A stretch of 64,000 nucleotides of DNA from contig CAWDEM010000008.1 of NCBI GenBank assembly GCA_963801355.1, forward strand, positions 192,001 to 256,000. Reading direction: 5' to 3'. A program made the translations under genes and the position numbers. Shown here piece after piece: positions 1 to 9,823 of the stretch. Source of the stretch: Ignavibacteriota bacterium. GTDB lineage: Bacteria > Bacteroidota > Ignavibacteria > UBA10030 > UBA6906. Below the pieces are notes generated by a model that was not told where the DNA came from, searched no databases, and saw nothing but the letters and a program-made list of their open reading frames with translations. How positions within the stretch are numbered: the first letter of the stretch is position 1; each line of letters opens with the position of its first letter.

Positions 1-769
1 CCGGTATCATCTGATGGTCTCCAGTTCTCATAACAGCCGCGCGGAGATCGAAGCTGCAATCCGGATGATGCGCGGACGTGTTGACGGTCTCCTGATCATG
101 TCTCCGCATATCGACGAGCGGACTCTGAGGGAGAACCTCCCCCAGCACCTTCCTGTCGTACTCATCAATGCGCGGGTTTGTGGAGACGACTACGACTCGT
201 ACAACGTCGACAATCTTGCCGGGTCGGCGGCAATGGTGGAGCACCTTGTTACTCACGGTCACCACCGCATTGCGCTGATCAAGGGGATCGAAGACAACAT
301 CGACGCACTTGAGCGTCACCAGGGGTACCGGAAAGCGCTCGCCGCGGGCGGGATTGAGCAAGTACCCGAATACGAGATTGCCGGTGACTTCACGGAGGCG
401 TCGGGATACAACGCCGTCCGTCAGATTCTTCAGCTTGATCCGCGGCCAACGGCGATATTCGCGTGCAACGACACTGCGGCGATCGGTGCCATGAGCGCGC
501 TCCGGGGAGCAGGCCTCCGCGTCCCCGACGACATTGCCGTGGCAGGCTTTGATGATATTCCCATCAGTTCATATCTGAGACCTTCACTCACCACGGTACA
601 CGTGGGCATCGATAGAGTGGGAGTGCTTGCGGTGGAAACGCTTCTCCGCGCACTCGCAGAACGGAATGCCCACCGGAAGGAACACCGGATGATCCCCACG
701 ACACTGGCCCTCCGTGGATCCTGCGGATGTCCCGAAGTGAGCCTGCCGGTGTCCGCTGTTGCATCATAA
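1..769 (+). CDS. LacI/GalR-family transcriptional regulator (5'-truncated; sugar-binding domain only)
   Basis: Frame is open to the window edge (RYHLMVSSS...). Motifs RVDGLLI, HLVTHGHHRIA, PTAIFACND..AIGAM, VPDDIAVAGFDD, PSLTTV, LRGSC. The HTH lies upstream of the window. Confidence 0.93.
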   Translation, partial: RYHLMVSSSHNSRAEIEAAIRMMRGRVDGLLIMSPHIDERTLRENLPQHLPVVLINARVCGDDYDSYNVDNLAGSAAMVEHLVTHGHHRIALIKGIEDNIDALERHQGYRKALAAGGIEQVPEYEIAGDFTEASGYNAVRQILQLDPRPTAIFACNDTAAIGAMSALRGAGLRVPDDIAVAGFDDIPISSYLRPSLTTVHVGIDRVGVLAVETLLRALAERNAHRKEHRMIPTTLALRGSCGCPEVSLPVSAVAS

Positions 770-855
770 GCGCGGGGAGCCATCCCCGGTCCCATGTACA
801 AATGAGCAAATGCATACAGGAGTGTTCAGTCAACATACCATTGAGGGAGGTACGT

Positions 856-2724
856 ATGTATCAACGGCGACTCCTTGTGAGCGTGGCGCTGGTGCTGTGC
901 GGAGTCACGCTTGCGTTGGGGCAGTATTCCCCGCGTAAGGATTATGTCTGGGCGCGGGATATTTCCGTGGCGGCGAGCCCTGCCATCACGCTTGACGGGC
1001 TGCTGACGGAAGCAGTCTGGGCGAAGGCGGAATCGATTCAGATTGCCTATGGTGTCAAAGACGGCAATCCCAACAGTGGATGGCTCACCAGAACACTCGG
1101 CGGAATACCGGCCGATAGTCCCCGCGCCACCATCAAGTTTCTTTCCGATAAGACCACCAATCGCGTTTACATCGCCGTGATTGCCCAAGACAGTTCGGTT
1201 GGCGGTGCCGGATGGGAGAACGCTGACGGCCTTCTGGCGGGGATCTGTGATCGTAAGCAGAAGGCCTCGAGTCAGGTGACACTGCACCGTGATATCTTCA
1301 TATCCTGGGTCGATTCCTCGGCCGAGGGGGCACTCCCGAATCTCACCGGCGGATCTCTGCCGAAAGCGGGGATCGTGACTGCCGCGGCTTCGGTAAATGG
1401 TGTCTCCAACAGCGACACGAATGCAACGGGTCAGCGTGTCGCTGACCTGGGCTATACGATCGAGCTGGCCGTGGCACTCGACAGCATTGGATACAGGGCG
1501 AATAGCGATACGGTGGATGAGGTTCAGATCAACATAGATATCTGGGATGCCGACTGGCGCGGTGCCGCGGATGCTATCTTCTCGTGTGCTTGGTGGGGTC
1601 ATGAGTGGGGAAATGACGGCGGGGGCATGGCGGGACGAATACTTGTGCGGCAGGATGTCAACGTCAATACCGCCACTCTTCCCGTGTACGGCCCGGACCT
1701 AGTCATCAAGAACGGGAGCAACTATCCGGCGATCGCCGTGGACGGTAGTCTGAACGACGAGGTCTGGAGCGCGGTGGCTTCGTTCGATATCCAGTATGGA
1801 AACGCCGCTCTGCGTGCGACGTATCCGACTATCGGGAAGGACCGGAGCGGCGAGTGGAACCCCCAAATGAGTCAGCCCGTCGTAAATGCCGGTGTGACCA
1901 AAGTGAAGCTGACGTTCCAGGGAGACAAGCTGTTTCTCGGTGCCGATGTGAGCGACCGCTCTCTAAATAGCTTCGCGAGCGCCACTGCGTTTGATGGTGT
2001 CCAACTCACAATGACGCTCCCCATCGACTCACTCCGCGACAAACTTGCCCACGCCCTGCCGGATCGGCGCTTCGGGATTGCCCTCAATGCGGGGTCTCCA
2101 ATGCTGCTCTGGGACGGGGTTGACTGGACTTCGACCATTGCGTACGGGATCGCGCTGAAGACCGGCTCGACGATCGACAACAACAACGACGTGGACTTGG
2201 GGTACACGGTTGAAGCTTCCTTTGACCTGTCAAAGATGGGGTACACGGCGGGCCAGCAGAACAAAACAGTGGCAATCGGCGTGACCGCGTACGATTATGA
2301 CATCACTCCCACAAGTAGCCCGGGGGTGTGGGCATGGTGGTTCCGAGAAGCGCCGGGAAAAGCCAGTCCCGCATTCTGTGTCCTTGACAATAGCGCCTTG
2401 CTTGTGAGTGTGGCTGATGACCCGGTTGCAGGGTTCCCCCTGGAATTCACACTGCGGGGGGCCTATCCGAATCCCTTCAATCCCACAACGACATTCTGTT
2501 TCGACCTGCCGGAAGCCGGGCGGGCAACCCTGGTCCTGTACGACGTCCTCGGACGCATGGTGCGGCACATCGATCTCGGACGGTTGGAGAGCGGTTCGTA
2601 CGAACGACCGGTGGATGCTTCGTCGCTTGCGAGCGGTGCATATGTGAGCCGGATCGAGTTTGTTGCGGAGCGGACCGGTGCGCGGAGGTTGTCGGAGAGC
2701 ATTCGTCTGATGCTTGTCAAATAG
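856..2724 (+). CDS. T9SS type-A sorting-domain protein with two tandem CBM9/DOMON-like sugar-binding domains
   Basis: GGGAGG RBS before ATG 856; signal peptide; duplicated ITLDGLLTEAVW / IAVDGSLNDEVW and DLGYTIELAV / DLGYTVEASF motifs; C-terminal YPNPFNP...YDVLGR...LASGAY...LMLVK. Confidence 0.8.
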   Translation: MYQRRLLVSVALVLCGVTLALGQYSPRKDYVWARDISVAASPAITLDGLLTEAVWAKAESIQIAYGVKDGNPNSGWLTRTLGGIPADSPRATIKFLSDKTTNRVYIAVIAQDSSVGGAGWENADGLLAGICDRKQKASSQVTLHRDIFISWVDSSAEGALPNLTGGSLPKAGIVTAAASVNGVSNSDTNATGQRVADLGYTIELAVALDSIGYRANSDTVDEVQINIDIWDADWRGAADAIFSCAWWGHEWGNDGGGMAGRILVRQDVNVNTATLPVYGPDLVIKNGSNYPAIAVDGSLNDEVWSAVASFDIQYGNAALRATYPTIGKDRSGEWNPQMSQPVVNAGVTKVKLTFQGDKLFLGADVSDRSLNSFASATAFDGVQLTMTLPIDSLRDKLAHALPDRRFGIALNAGSPMLLWDGVDWTSTIAYGIALKTGSTIDNNNDVDLGYTVEASFDLSKMGYTAGQQNKTVAIGVTAYDYDITPTSSPGVWAWWFREAPGKASPAFCVLDNSALLVSVADDPVAGFPLEFTLRGAYPNPFNPTTTFCFDLPEAGRATLVLYDVLGRMVRHIDLGRLESGSYERPVDASSLASGAYVSRIEFVAERTGARRLSESIRLMLVK

Positions 2725-2805
2725 GCTGTGCCTTTCCTGCATCGTCTCATGGAGGAGGCAGCGCTGCAACCGCCTCCTCTTCCTTTCCATGGTGGTGAGG
2801 AACGT

Positions 2806-5481
2806 ATGAAGCATCCACGCTTTCAACGCGCATGCCTCTTCATAAGTCCGGCCGCCGTTGTGCTGCTCGCCGGCTTCATGGGGCTGCTCCTGCTGTCCCC
2901 GCAGGCTCTGGCTGACACCAGCGGAAAACTGACGGGGAAAATCATTGATCAGAACAATCAGCCTGTGCCTTCCGCCAATATCGTTCTCCTGGGAACGACC
3001 ACAGGGACAGTCGCAGATGTGGAAGGCGATTTCACGGTATTGAACGTTCCCGTGGGCACGTATGACGTCCGTGTGGGAGCCGTCGGGTATCAACCCCGGT
3101 TGGTGAAGGGTGTTGTGATCAGTGCCGGGCAAACCACCACATTGAACGTCACCATCACCGAGACCATGATCGAAACCAACGAGGTGGTCACCGTGGCGGA
3201 GCGGCCGCTCGTGGATACGCGGATGACGAGTTCAATGGCAATTCTGAGCAAGGATGATATTTCCGCGCTCCCTGTCCAGAGTCTGAACGACGTTGTCAGC
3301 CTTCAGGCGGGTGTCGTGGACGGGCATTTCCGGGGGGGGCGGGCCGGGGAAGTGCAGTATCAGGTCGACGGCGTATCGGTGAATAACCCGTACGATAACT
3401 CTTCGGTACTGACGCTCGACAAGTCCGTCCTGCAGGAAGTTCAGGTGATCAGCGGGTCGTTCGACCCTGAGTACGGACAGGCGATGAGCGGGGTTGTCAA
3501 CGCCGTGCTGCGGACCGGTTCTGAAGAGCGGTACGAAGCCAGTGCCGAGGTATTTGCCGGCTCGTATCTTCCGGGTCCGGCTGATGCCGGTGATTTTCCC
3601 TATATGAAAGCAGTCCCTCCGGCCATTCAGAACTACACTATTTCCATCGGGGGCCCGGTGCCCCTGCCGCGCACATCATTTCTCCTTAACGTCCGACGCT
3701 ATCAGGACAACGGGTATCTGTACGGGGTCCGTCGTTTCGTACCTTCAGATATATCCGACTTCGCACAAAAGGTCTTTCGCCCCACAGGCGACGATGAGGA
3801 AGTCCCGCTGGCGAAGTCTGAAGAATGGTCGGGCCAATTGAAGATTGCGAACCGTGCCCTCGGCGATCTTCAGATAAGCTATCAGGCGATCGGGAGTACC
3901 AGCAAGGCAAGCGCCTCTGATTTTGCCTACAGGTTCAATCCTGACGGACAACGGACGCAAAGGCGATTCTCTCTCGTCCACGGTTTCGAGGTGTCACATT
4001 CTCTTTCGCCTGCGCTCTTCTATACGGTCAGCCTGCGGCAAAACTATTTTCATTACAAGGATTACGCCTTCGAATCAGTGCTCGACCCCGGGTATCTTGC
4101 GGCGGGGGTTCCGCGCGGCGATGCAAACTATGAGCTCGGGGCGATCCTGCAGGGGTACAACCTCGGCAGGTTCGAGCAGAAGACAAATGCCTTTCTGGTG
4201 AAGGGAGCGGTGACGGCGCAGATCGGGCCGTACAATCTGGTGAAGCTCGGCATTGAAGGGCAGACGTCGGCCATCGGATTTGGTTCGCCGGGAACCCTCG
4301 GAGGTGTTGTGCTCGACGGGACGCACTCCGATGTCTATCTGGTGCCTGACTCCCTGGCGCAGAATTACCGGACCTATTATCCGGTCTCGATCGCGGCGTT
4401 TTTGCAGGACCGGATTGAGTTCACCGACTTTCTCGTCCGCGCCGGAGTCCGCGCGGAATACTATGATTCCCGCTCAACGGTTCCGAGTGATCTCGAAAAT
4501 CCCGCAAACGTGATTGCGGGAGCTCCCGAGTCTGTCCCGGTGAGGACTTCCCGGAAGGTCGTTATCGCTCCCCGGCTCGGGATCTCGTATCCCATTACCG
4601 CCGGCGGGGCGATCTACTTTTCCTGGGGACACTTCTACCAGATGCCGGGATTCGGCAATCTGTACGCCAGTTCGGACTACTCGATTCTCAAGAACCTGCA
4701 GGCCGGTTCTTCACGGTTCAGCGTGATGGGCAATCCCGACATCAAACCGGAGTTCACCGAACAGTACGAATTCGGTGTGAAGCAGGAATTCGCGCGCCAG
4801 CTGGGGATAGACCTCAGCGTGTATTACAAGGACATAGAGAATCTTCTGGGGGTGGAGTTCATTGACACCTACGCCGACTCGCGTTATGCCAGATACACGA
4901 ACGTCGATTTCGGTTCGGTGTATGGCGTGAAGACAACGGTGGATTACCGTCTATCGGCATCGCTGTCGTTCTCGCTGAACTACACATTCCAGAACGCGCT
5001 GGGCAATTCGAGTGATCCGGCGGAGACAGCGAACCGGGCGGCAGCGGGGGAGGATCCGCGTCCCCGGCAGATACCGTTCGGGTGGGATCAGCGTCACACG
5101 CTGAATCTTTCCGCCGCACTGGCTGAGCCGAAGAGCTACAGTGCCACCGTCATCCTCCGGTACGGGAGCGGAAGTCCGTATACGCCGGCAGTCGGGTCCG
5201 GGTTCGGGGCGCAGCTCGAGCGCAATTCCTCCCCGAAACCGGCGTGGGTGAGCGTGGACCTTCGCGGCGAATGGTACCCGCCGATCGACGTCCTGGATTG
5301 CTCGGTGTTCCTGCGCGTCGTGAACCTGTTTGATTCCCGTTACTCCAACGGATTTGTGTTTGCCACGACCGGGAGCCCATACTACACGCTGACCCCGCCG
5401 GCGGATGCCGTTTCGCTGATCAACCCGTCGCGCTTTGCCGCGCCCCGGCGCATCGAACTCGGAATCGGGCTTCGTTATTGA
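2806..5481 (+). CDS. TonB-dependent receptor (CarboxypepD-like N-domain, plug, beta-barrel), not classic SusC
   Basis: GKLTGKIID..PVPSANIV N-domain, HFRGGRAGEVQYQVDG plug, GSFDPEYGQAMSGVVN, GNPDIKPE, C-terminal PRRIELGIGLRY. Start chosen after GAGG at ATG 2806. Confidence 0.92.
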   Translation: MKHPRFQRACLFISPAAVVLLAGFMGLLLLSPQALADTSGKLTGKIIDQNNQPVPSANIVLLGTTTGTVADVEGDFTVLNVPVGTYDVRVGAVGYQPRLVKGVVISAGQTTTLNVTITETMIETNEVVTVAERPLVDTRMTSSMAILSKDDISALPVQSLNDVVSLQAGVVDGHFRGGRAGEVQYQVDGVSVNNPYDNSSVLTLDKSVLQEVQVISGSFDPEYGQAMSGVVNAVLRTGSEERYEASAEVFAGSYLPGPADAGDFPYMKAVPPAIQNYTISIGGPVPLPRTSFLLNVRRYQDNGYLYGVRRFVPSDISDFAQKVFRPTGDDEEVPLAKSEEWSGQLKIANRALGDLQISYQAIGSTSKASASDFAYRFNPDGQRTQRRFSLVHGFEVSHSLSPALFYTVSLRQNYFHYKDYAFESVLDPGYLAAGVPRGDANYELGAILQGYNLGRFEQKTNAFLVKGAVTAQIGPYNLVKLGIEGQTSAIGFGSPGTLGGVVLDGTHSDVYLVPDSLAQNYRTYYPVSIAAFLQDRIEFTDFLVRAGVRAEYYDSRSTVPSDLENPANVIAGAPESVPVRTSRKVVIAPRLGISYPITAGGAIYFSWGHFYQMPGFGNLYASSDYSILKNLQAGSSRFSVMGNPDIKPEFTEQYEFGVKQEFARQLGIDLSVYYKDIENLLGVEFIDTYADSRYARYTNVDFGSVYGVKTTVDYRLSASLSFSLNYTFQNALGNSSDPAETANRAAAGEDPRPRQIPFGWDQRHTLNLSAALAEPKSYSATVILRYGSGSPYTPAVGSGFGAQLERNSSPKPAWVSVDLRGEWYPPIDVLDCSVFLRVVNLFDSRYSNGFVFATTGSPYYTLTPPADAVSLINPSRFAAPRRIELGIGLRY

Positions 5482-5491
5482 AGGAGTTGCC

Positions 5492-8400
5492 ATGAACCGG
5501 ATCTTGAACAAAGCGTCCCACGTTGAAGGAATCGCCCGGTGGCCCGGAATGCTGGTGCTCTGCTTCTGCCTTGCCGGGAGCGCGATTGCACAGGATGTCC
5601 TGCAGCCTGTGGTGCCGAAACACCTCCGCGGCCGGAACGATGCGGAGCGCTCGGGAACGCATGATGCGGGGAATATCCGGACCGTGTTCTACAACTACGG
5701 CATGGTGGGTTCGTATCCTGATGATCCGATCAACGTGGATCTCTCCATCTTTCATTCGGCCGAGGTCCCCAAAGGGACAGGAATGAACTACAGTGACGGG
5801 ATCACTCCTTTTGTCCTCGGCCGCGTGCAGCAGCAAAACGGCGTGCCCGCATACATCATGGAGACGGGTTTCCGTGAGCGGCAGGTAGAGAGCCCGTACA
5901 CGCAGAAGATCATGCGGTTTGAACCGCGCCCGGGGTATATGCAGGCGAATCCCGGCATCAACGTCGGGCGGTCCATCGCGATGAGCAATGACAGCAGGAC
6001 CTGGCCGGACACGTGGCCGGACAAAGAGAGCGACGCCTTCGACCCCGGCTGGCCCGGGAGCTGGAACGGCTATTTCGGGAAACGACCGAACGCCGATCAG
6101 GAAAGTTTCTTCGTCATGGATGACGATTTCTACGATGCGTGGAATTTCTATCCCGACGCGACGCGTGATATGACACGGCGCGGGCTGGGATTGCGTGTGG
6201 AAGTGCGCGGATTCCAGTGGGCAAATCCGCAGGCAACGAATGTCATCTTCTGGCATTATGACATCGTGAACGAAGGGAGCACGTCCTACTCCGACATTCT
6301 CTTCGGCCTCTACATGGACTCCGGCGTCGGAGGATCGACATACTCGTGCGATGGGATTGCAGAGTCGGACGACGACAACGCCTATTTTGACCGATCATTC
6401 GGACTAAATCTCACCTATACATGGGACAAGTTCGGGCACGGGACCGATCTCTCGAGCAACTGTGCGGTGACCGGCTATCTGGGCTATGCCTACCTGGAGA
6501 CACCCGGCAACAGTTTCAACGCCCAGGATGACGATCAGGACGGGATTGTCGATGAGAGCCGCGACAATGCGGCGGGAGAACTGGTGCTCGGCCGGGACAA
6601 TATCCGGGCCCGCGTGCAGGCGAAGTACGGGATGTCGTCATTCGAAATCTTTTACGGGCCGCTTGCGTCACGCCCCGCCTACCGCGTCGGCCGCTGGTGG
6701 ACCGGCGATGAGAACATGAACTGGGTCGCGGACTATGATGATGTCGGCCAGGACGGACTTGCCGGCACGAACGACCCCGGTGAAGGGGATGGAATGCCCA
6801 CAGACGGAGAACCTGACTTCAATCAGACCGACAAGGATGAATCGGACCAGATCGGCCTGACCGGATTCAAGATGAACCGGATCAAAGGGCCGTCGCGGAG
6901 CGACCCCGTGGACGACATCGTGTTCTTCGGGCTCTGGCCGCCCTTGCTCTACCAGCAGTTCACCGATCCGACCCCCTCCGCACGGTTCGATGCCTCTGTC
7001 GTCCTCAACTACAACATCGGCTTTCTGTTTGCTTCCGGCCCGTTCGAACTCCGCAAGGGAAAGCGCGAGCGTTTCAGCCTTGCGCTGGCCTACGGGGCGG
7101 ATCTGGACGAGCTGCGGACCCAGGTGAAAACCGTGCAGCAGATCTACAACGCCAACTACCAGTTTGCCGTCCCCCCACCGGTCCCCGTCGTGCGTGCCGA
7201 AACCGGTGACACCTTTGTCCGGCTTTCGTGGAGCGACGTCTCGGAGCGGGGGATCGACCCGGTAACGAGAGAAAACGATTTCGAAGGGTTCCGGGTCTAC
7301 AGATCAACAGATCCGGAGTTTCGCGATCCGAGAGTCGTCACCAACGCCCGGGGAACCGGTACGTTCGGCAACGGGAGACCGATAGCGCAGTTCGATCTGA
7401 AGAATGACATCAAAGGTTTTTCACGGCAGGTGATTGACGGGGTTGCGTACGATCTGGGGACGGATTCCGGTCTCCGGCACACGTACCTCGACACCCTGGT
7501 CAACAACGGGCAGGAGTATTTCTACGCCGTGTGTGCATACGACCGGGGATCGGATTCCCTGGGTTTCTATCCTTCGGAAAATTCCATTCCCGTCTCCCGC
7601 ACGCCGCGGGGCGGGGTCGTTCTGCCGCCGAACGTGGTCCAGGTCCGGCCCGAGCCGCGCGTGCCGGGTTTCGTTGACGCCGGCGCATCGCCCGTGAGGC
7701 AGGTCCAGGGTGACGGCACGGCCGATATCCAGATCGAGATCGTCGATTCGAAGCAGGTGCCGGACACCCGCACGTACCATCTCCGGTTCGCGACGGATCG
7801 GGTCAACGGGATACATGCGACGCGATACGAACTGGTGGACAGCGTGTTGCAGAAAGCCGTCTTCAGTTTCGGGACGGATTTCTCCGGCGAGCGGCGCGGT
7901 CCGGTGGGGAACGGGTTGCTGCCGGTTATCAGGACGCCCGAGTTTCCTCAGGTTGACACCCTCAAAAGCGGCTTCCGGCCCGGTGCCGTCACGAACGCGA
8001 AACTGCGGATCACCAATGTGGATAAGGACTCGACGGATGTGCGCCGGGAGGGGTACCCGAGTGACTTCAGGATCACATTCGGCACCGTGGCGCTTGACAC
8101 GACGGTTCTCTCGATCTACGGCGATGCCATGCCGGTGAAGTTCAAGGTCGAGGCGGTCTCGTCGCAAGAGCCCCGGAAGATGAAGGTCTATTTCCTCGAC
8201 GCGGATGCGGACAGCACGCTGAGTGTCGCCGGGGATCTTCTGATTGTCGTGACCTCCATCGCGGGATCTTCCTCACCGACCGTCACGTGGCTTGTGCAGA
8301 TCGACACGACCGGCCCCGGGGGGGCAGCCGGCGTGATCCCCCCCCGCGCAGGGGATATCTATGATGCGAAGTTGAGAATCCCGCTCGGTCCTGCAGACAT

Positions 8401-8770
8401 CTTCTCTTTCACTGTCACCGGACAGCGCGTGGATGCCGGCACGGCGGTCGCGGACTATGCGTCAAAGCCATATGTAGTGCCAAACCCCTATGTGGGGGCC
8501 GCGAGTTTCGAGCCGGAACGGTATGCAGTCACCGGAAGAGGCGAACGGCGGCTGGAATTCCGGGGGATTCCCGTCGGTGCGACCATCAGGATATACACGG
8601 TGGCAGGCTATCTCGTGCAGACGCTCTATCATGATGGGTCGACGAATTCCATGATCCCGTGGAATCTCCGCACGAAAGACAATCTCGACGTCGCCCCGGG
8701 TCTCTATCTTTTCCATGTCGAGGCCGCCGGCTTCGATGAGTTCATCGGCAAGTTTGCGATCGTGAGGTGA
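5492..8770 (+). CDS. Large secreted protein (~1090 aa) with Asp-rich Ca-binding-like loops, FN3-like domain and T9SS-type C-terminal domain
   Basis: AAGGAG RBS; signal peptide; DDDQDGIVDE and DDVGQDGLAGTNDPGEGDG motifs; VRLSW..FEGFRVYRS..YFYAVCAYD FN3-like pattern; CTD YVVPNPY..IRIYTVAG..WNLRTKDNLDVAPGLYLFHV..GKFAIVR. Confidence 0.8.
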   Translation: MNRILNKASHVEGIARWPGMLVLCFCLAGSAIAQDVLQPVVPKHLRGRNDAERSGTHDAGNIRTVFYNYGMVGSYPDDPINVDLSIFHSAEVPKGTGMNYSDGITPFVLGRVQQQNGVPAYIMETGFRERQVESPYTQKIMRFEPRPGYMQANPGINVGRSIAMSNDSRTWPDTWPDKESDAFDPGWPGSWNGYFGKRPNADQESFFVMDDDFYDAWNFYPDATRDMTRRGLGLRVEVRGFQWANPQATNVIFWHYDIVNEGSTSYSDILFGLYMDSGVGGSTYSCDGIAESDDDNAYFDRSFGLNLTYTWDKFGHGTDLSSNCAVTGYLGYAYLETPGNSFNAQDDDQDGIVDESRDNAAGELVLGRDNIRARVQAKYGMSSFEIFYGPLASRPAYRVGRWWTGDENMNWVADYDDVGQDGLAGTNDPGEGDGMPTDGEPDFNQTDKDESDQIGLTGFKMNRIKGPSRSDPVDDIVFFGLWPPLLYQQFTDPTPSARFDASVVLNYNIGFLFASGPFELRKGKRERFSLALAYGADLDELRTQVKTVQQIYNANYQFAVPPPVPVVRAETGDTFVRLSWSDVSERGIDPVTRENDFEGFRVYRSTDPEFRDPRVVTNARGTGTFGNGRPIAQFDLKNDIKGFSRQVIDGVAYDLGTDSGLRHTYLDTLVNNGQEYFYAVCAYDRGSDSLGFYPSENSIPVSRTPRGGVVLPPNVVQVRPEPRVPGFVDAGASPVRQVQGDGTADIQIEIVDSKQVPDTRTYHLRFATDRVNGIHATRYELVDSVLQKAVFSFGTDFSGERRGPVGNGLLPVIRTPEFPQVDTLKSGFRPGAVTNAKLRITNVDKDSTDVRREGYPSDFRITFGTVALDTTVLSIYGDAMPVKFKVEAVSSQEPRKMKVYFLDADADSTLSVAGDLLIVVTSIAGSSSPTVTWLVQIDTTGPGGAAGVIPPRAGDIYDAKLRIPLGPADIFSFTVTGQRVDAGTAVADYASKPYVVPNPYVGAASFEPERYAVTGRGERRLEFRGIPVGATIRIYTVAGYLVQTLYHDGSTNSMIPWNLRTKDNLDVAPGLYLFHVEAAGFDEFIGKFAIVR

Positions 8771-8774
8771 TGCG

Positions 8775-9782
8775 ATGACACGAACCATACTGATAGCCGC
8801 GGCAGCGTTGCTGACCTGGTCGGTGCTTCACGGGCAGTCCAAGACCGGCACTTCGGTGGGACAATTCACACTCATTGAGCCGAGCGCCCGCTCTTCTGCA
8901 ATGGGAGGTGTGGGGGTGACCTCCTCTGCGGAGGCCATGTCTGCATACTACAACCCTGCTGCACTCGGCTCACTGCTCCAGTCAGACCTGCAGTTTACGC
9001 ACAACGTCTGGTTTGGCGACATCGTGCTAAACCATGCTGCGGCGGCGCTTCACCTCGGGGAGCGGAGCACCGTGGCCGTTGCCGTCACGCACCTCTCGTC
9101 AGGTGATATTGATGTGCGGACCGTGGAACAACCGATGGGGACCGGCGAACGCTATTCCGTCACAGACCTTCTGATCGGTGCCGGCTTCGGCATGATGATC
9201 ACCGACCGGTTCAGCTGCGGGATCCAGGTGAACTATGCCACCGAACGAATATGGCACAGCAGCATCGGACTCTTCTCTGTCAACCTGGGGACACTCTACC
9301 GGCTCTCGGAAGATGGCTTGCGCATCGGTGCCAGTCTGGTGAATTTCGGGACCAAGGGCGCATTCGATGGGACCGACCTGCGCGTACGGTACGATCTGGA
9401 TGCGTCGAGATACGGTGACAACGCGAGCCTGCCCGCTTCCCTCGTGACCGATCAGTTCGCCCTGCCGATTGTCTTCCGTGTCGGTCTGGGTTATCCCTGG
9501 CGCGTTGACAACGGCAACATTCTGGACGTGGCGGTGGAGGCAATAAACCCCAGCGACAACAGTCCCGCGATTAATGTAGGCGCGGAATGGTTTTACCGCG
9601 AGGTGTTTGCTCTGCGCGCCGGATATGCAGCCCTTTTCCAGACCGACAGCGACTTTGGTCTGACGCTCGGTGCGGGAGTTGTCTGGGACGGTCTGGGCAA
9701 TGATCTCCGGGTTGACTACAGCTGGGCCGACCACGCCCGCCTCGGCGGAGTCCAGCGGGTGACGCTGGGGATCGCTTTCTGA
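8775..9782 (+). CDS. PorV/PorQ-family (FadL-like) outer-membrane beta-barrel
   Basis: QFTLIEPSARSSAMGG and AYYNPAALG motifs typical of the PorV family; amphipathic strands; terminal Phe (TLGIAF). Confidence 0.85.
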   Translation: MTRTILIAAAALLTWSVLHGQSKTGTSVGQFTLIEPSARSSAMGGVGVTSSAEAMSAYYNPAALGSLLQSDLQFTHNVWFGDIVLNHAAAALHLGERSTVAVAVTHLSSGDIDVRTVEQPMGTGERYSVTDLLIGAGFGMMITDRFSCGIQVNYATERIWHSSIGLFSVNLGTLYRLSEDGLRIGASLVNFGTKGAFDGTDLRVRYDLDASRYGDNASLPASLVTDQFALPIVFRVGLGYPWRVDNGNILDVAVEAINPSDNSPAINVGAEWFYREVFALRAGYAALFQTDSDFGLTLGAGVVWDGLGNDLRVDYSWADHARLGGVQRVTLGIAF

Positions 9783-9823
9783 TTCCCTTTCTGTTCTGAG
9801 CTCCTTTTCATTGAGAGCGTGTC

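Noticed and set aside
770-855. LacI operator upstream of the first structural gene
   Set aside because: No convincing TGxAAxCGxTTxCA-type palindrome; the operator probably lies upstream of the regulator, outside the window.
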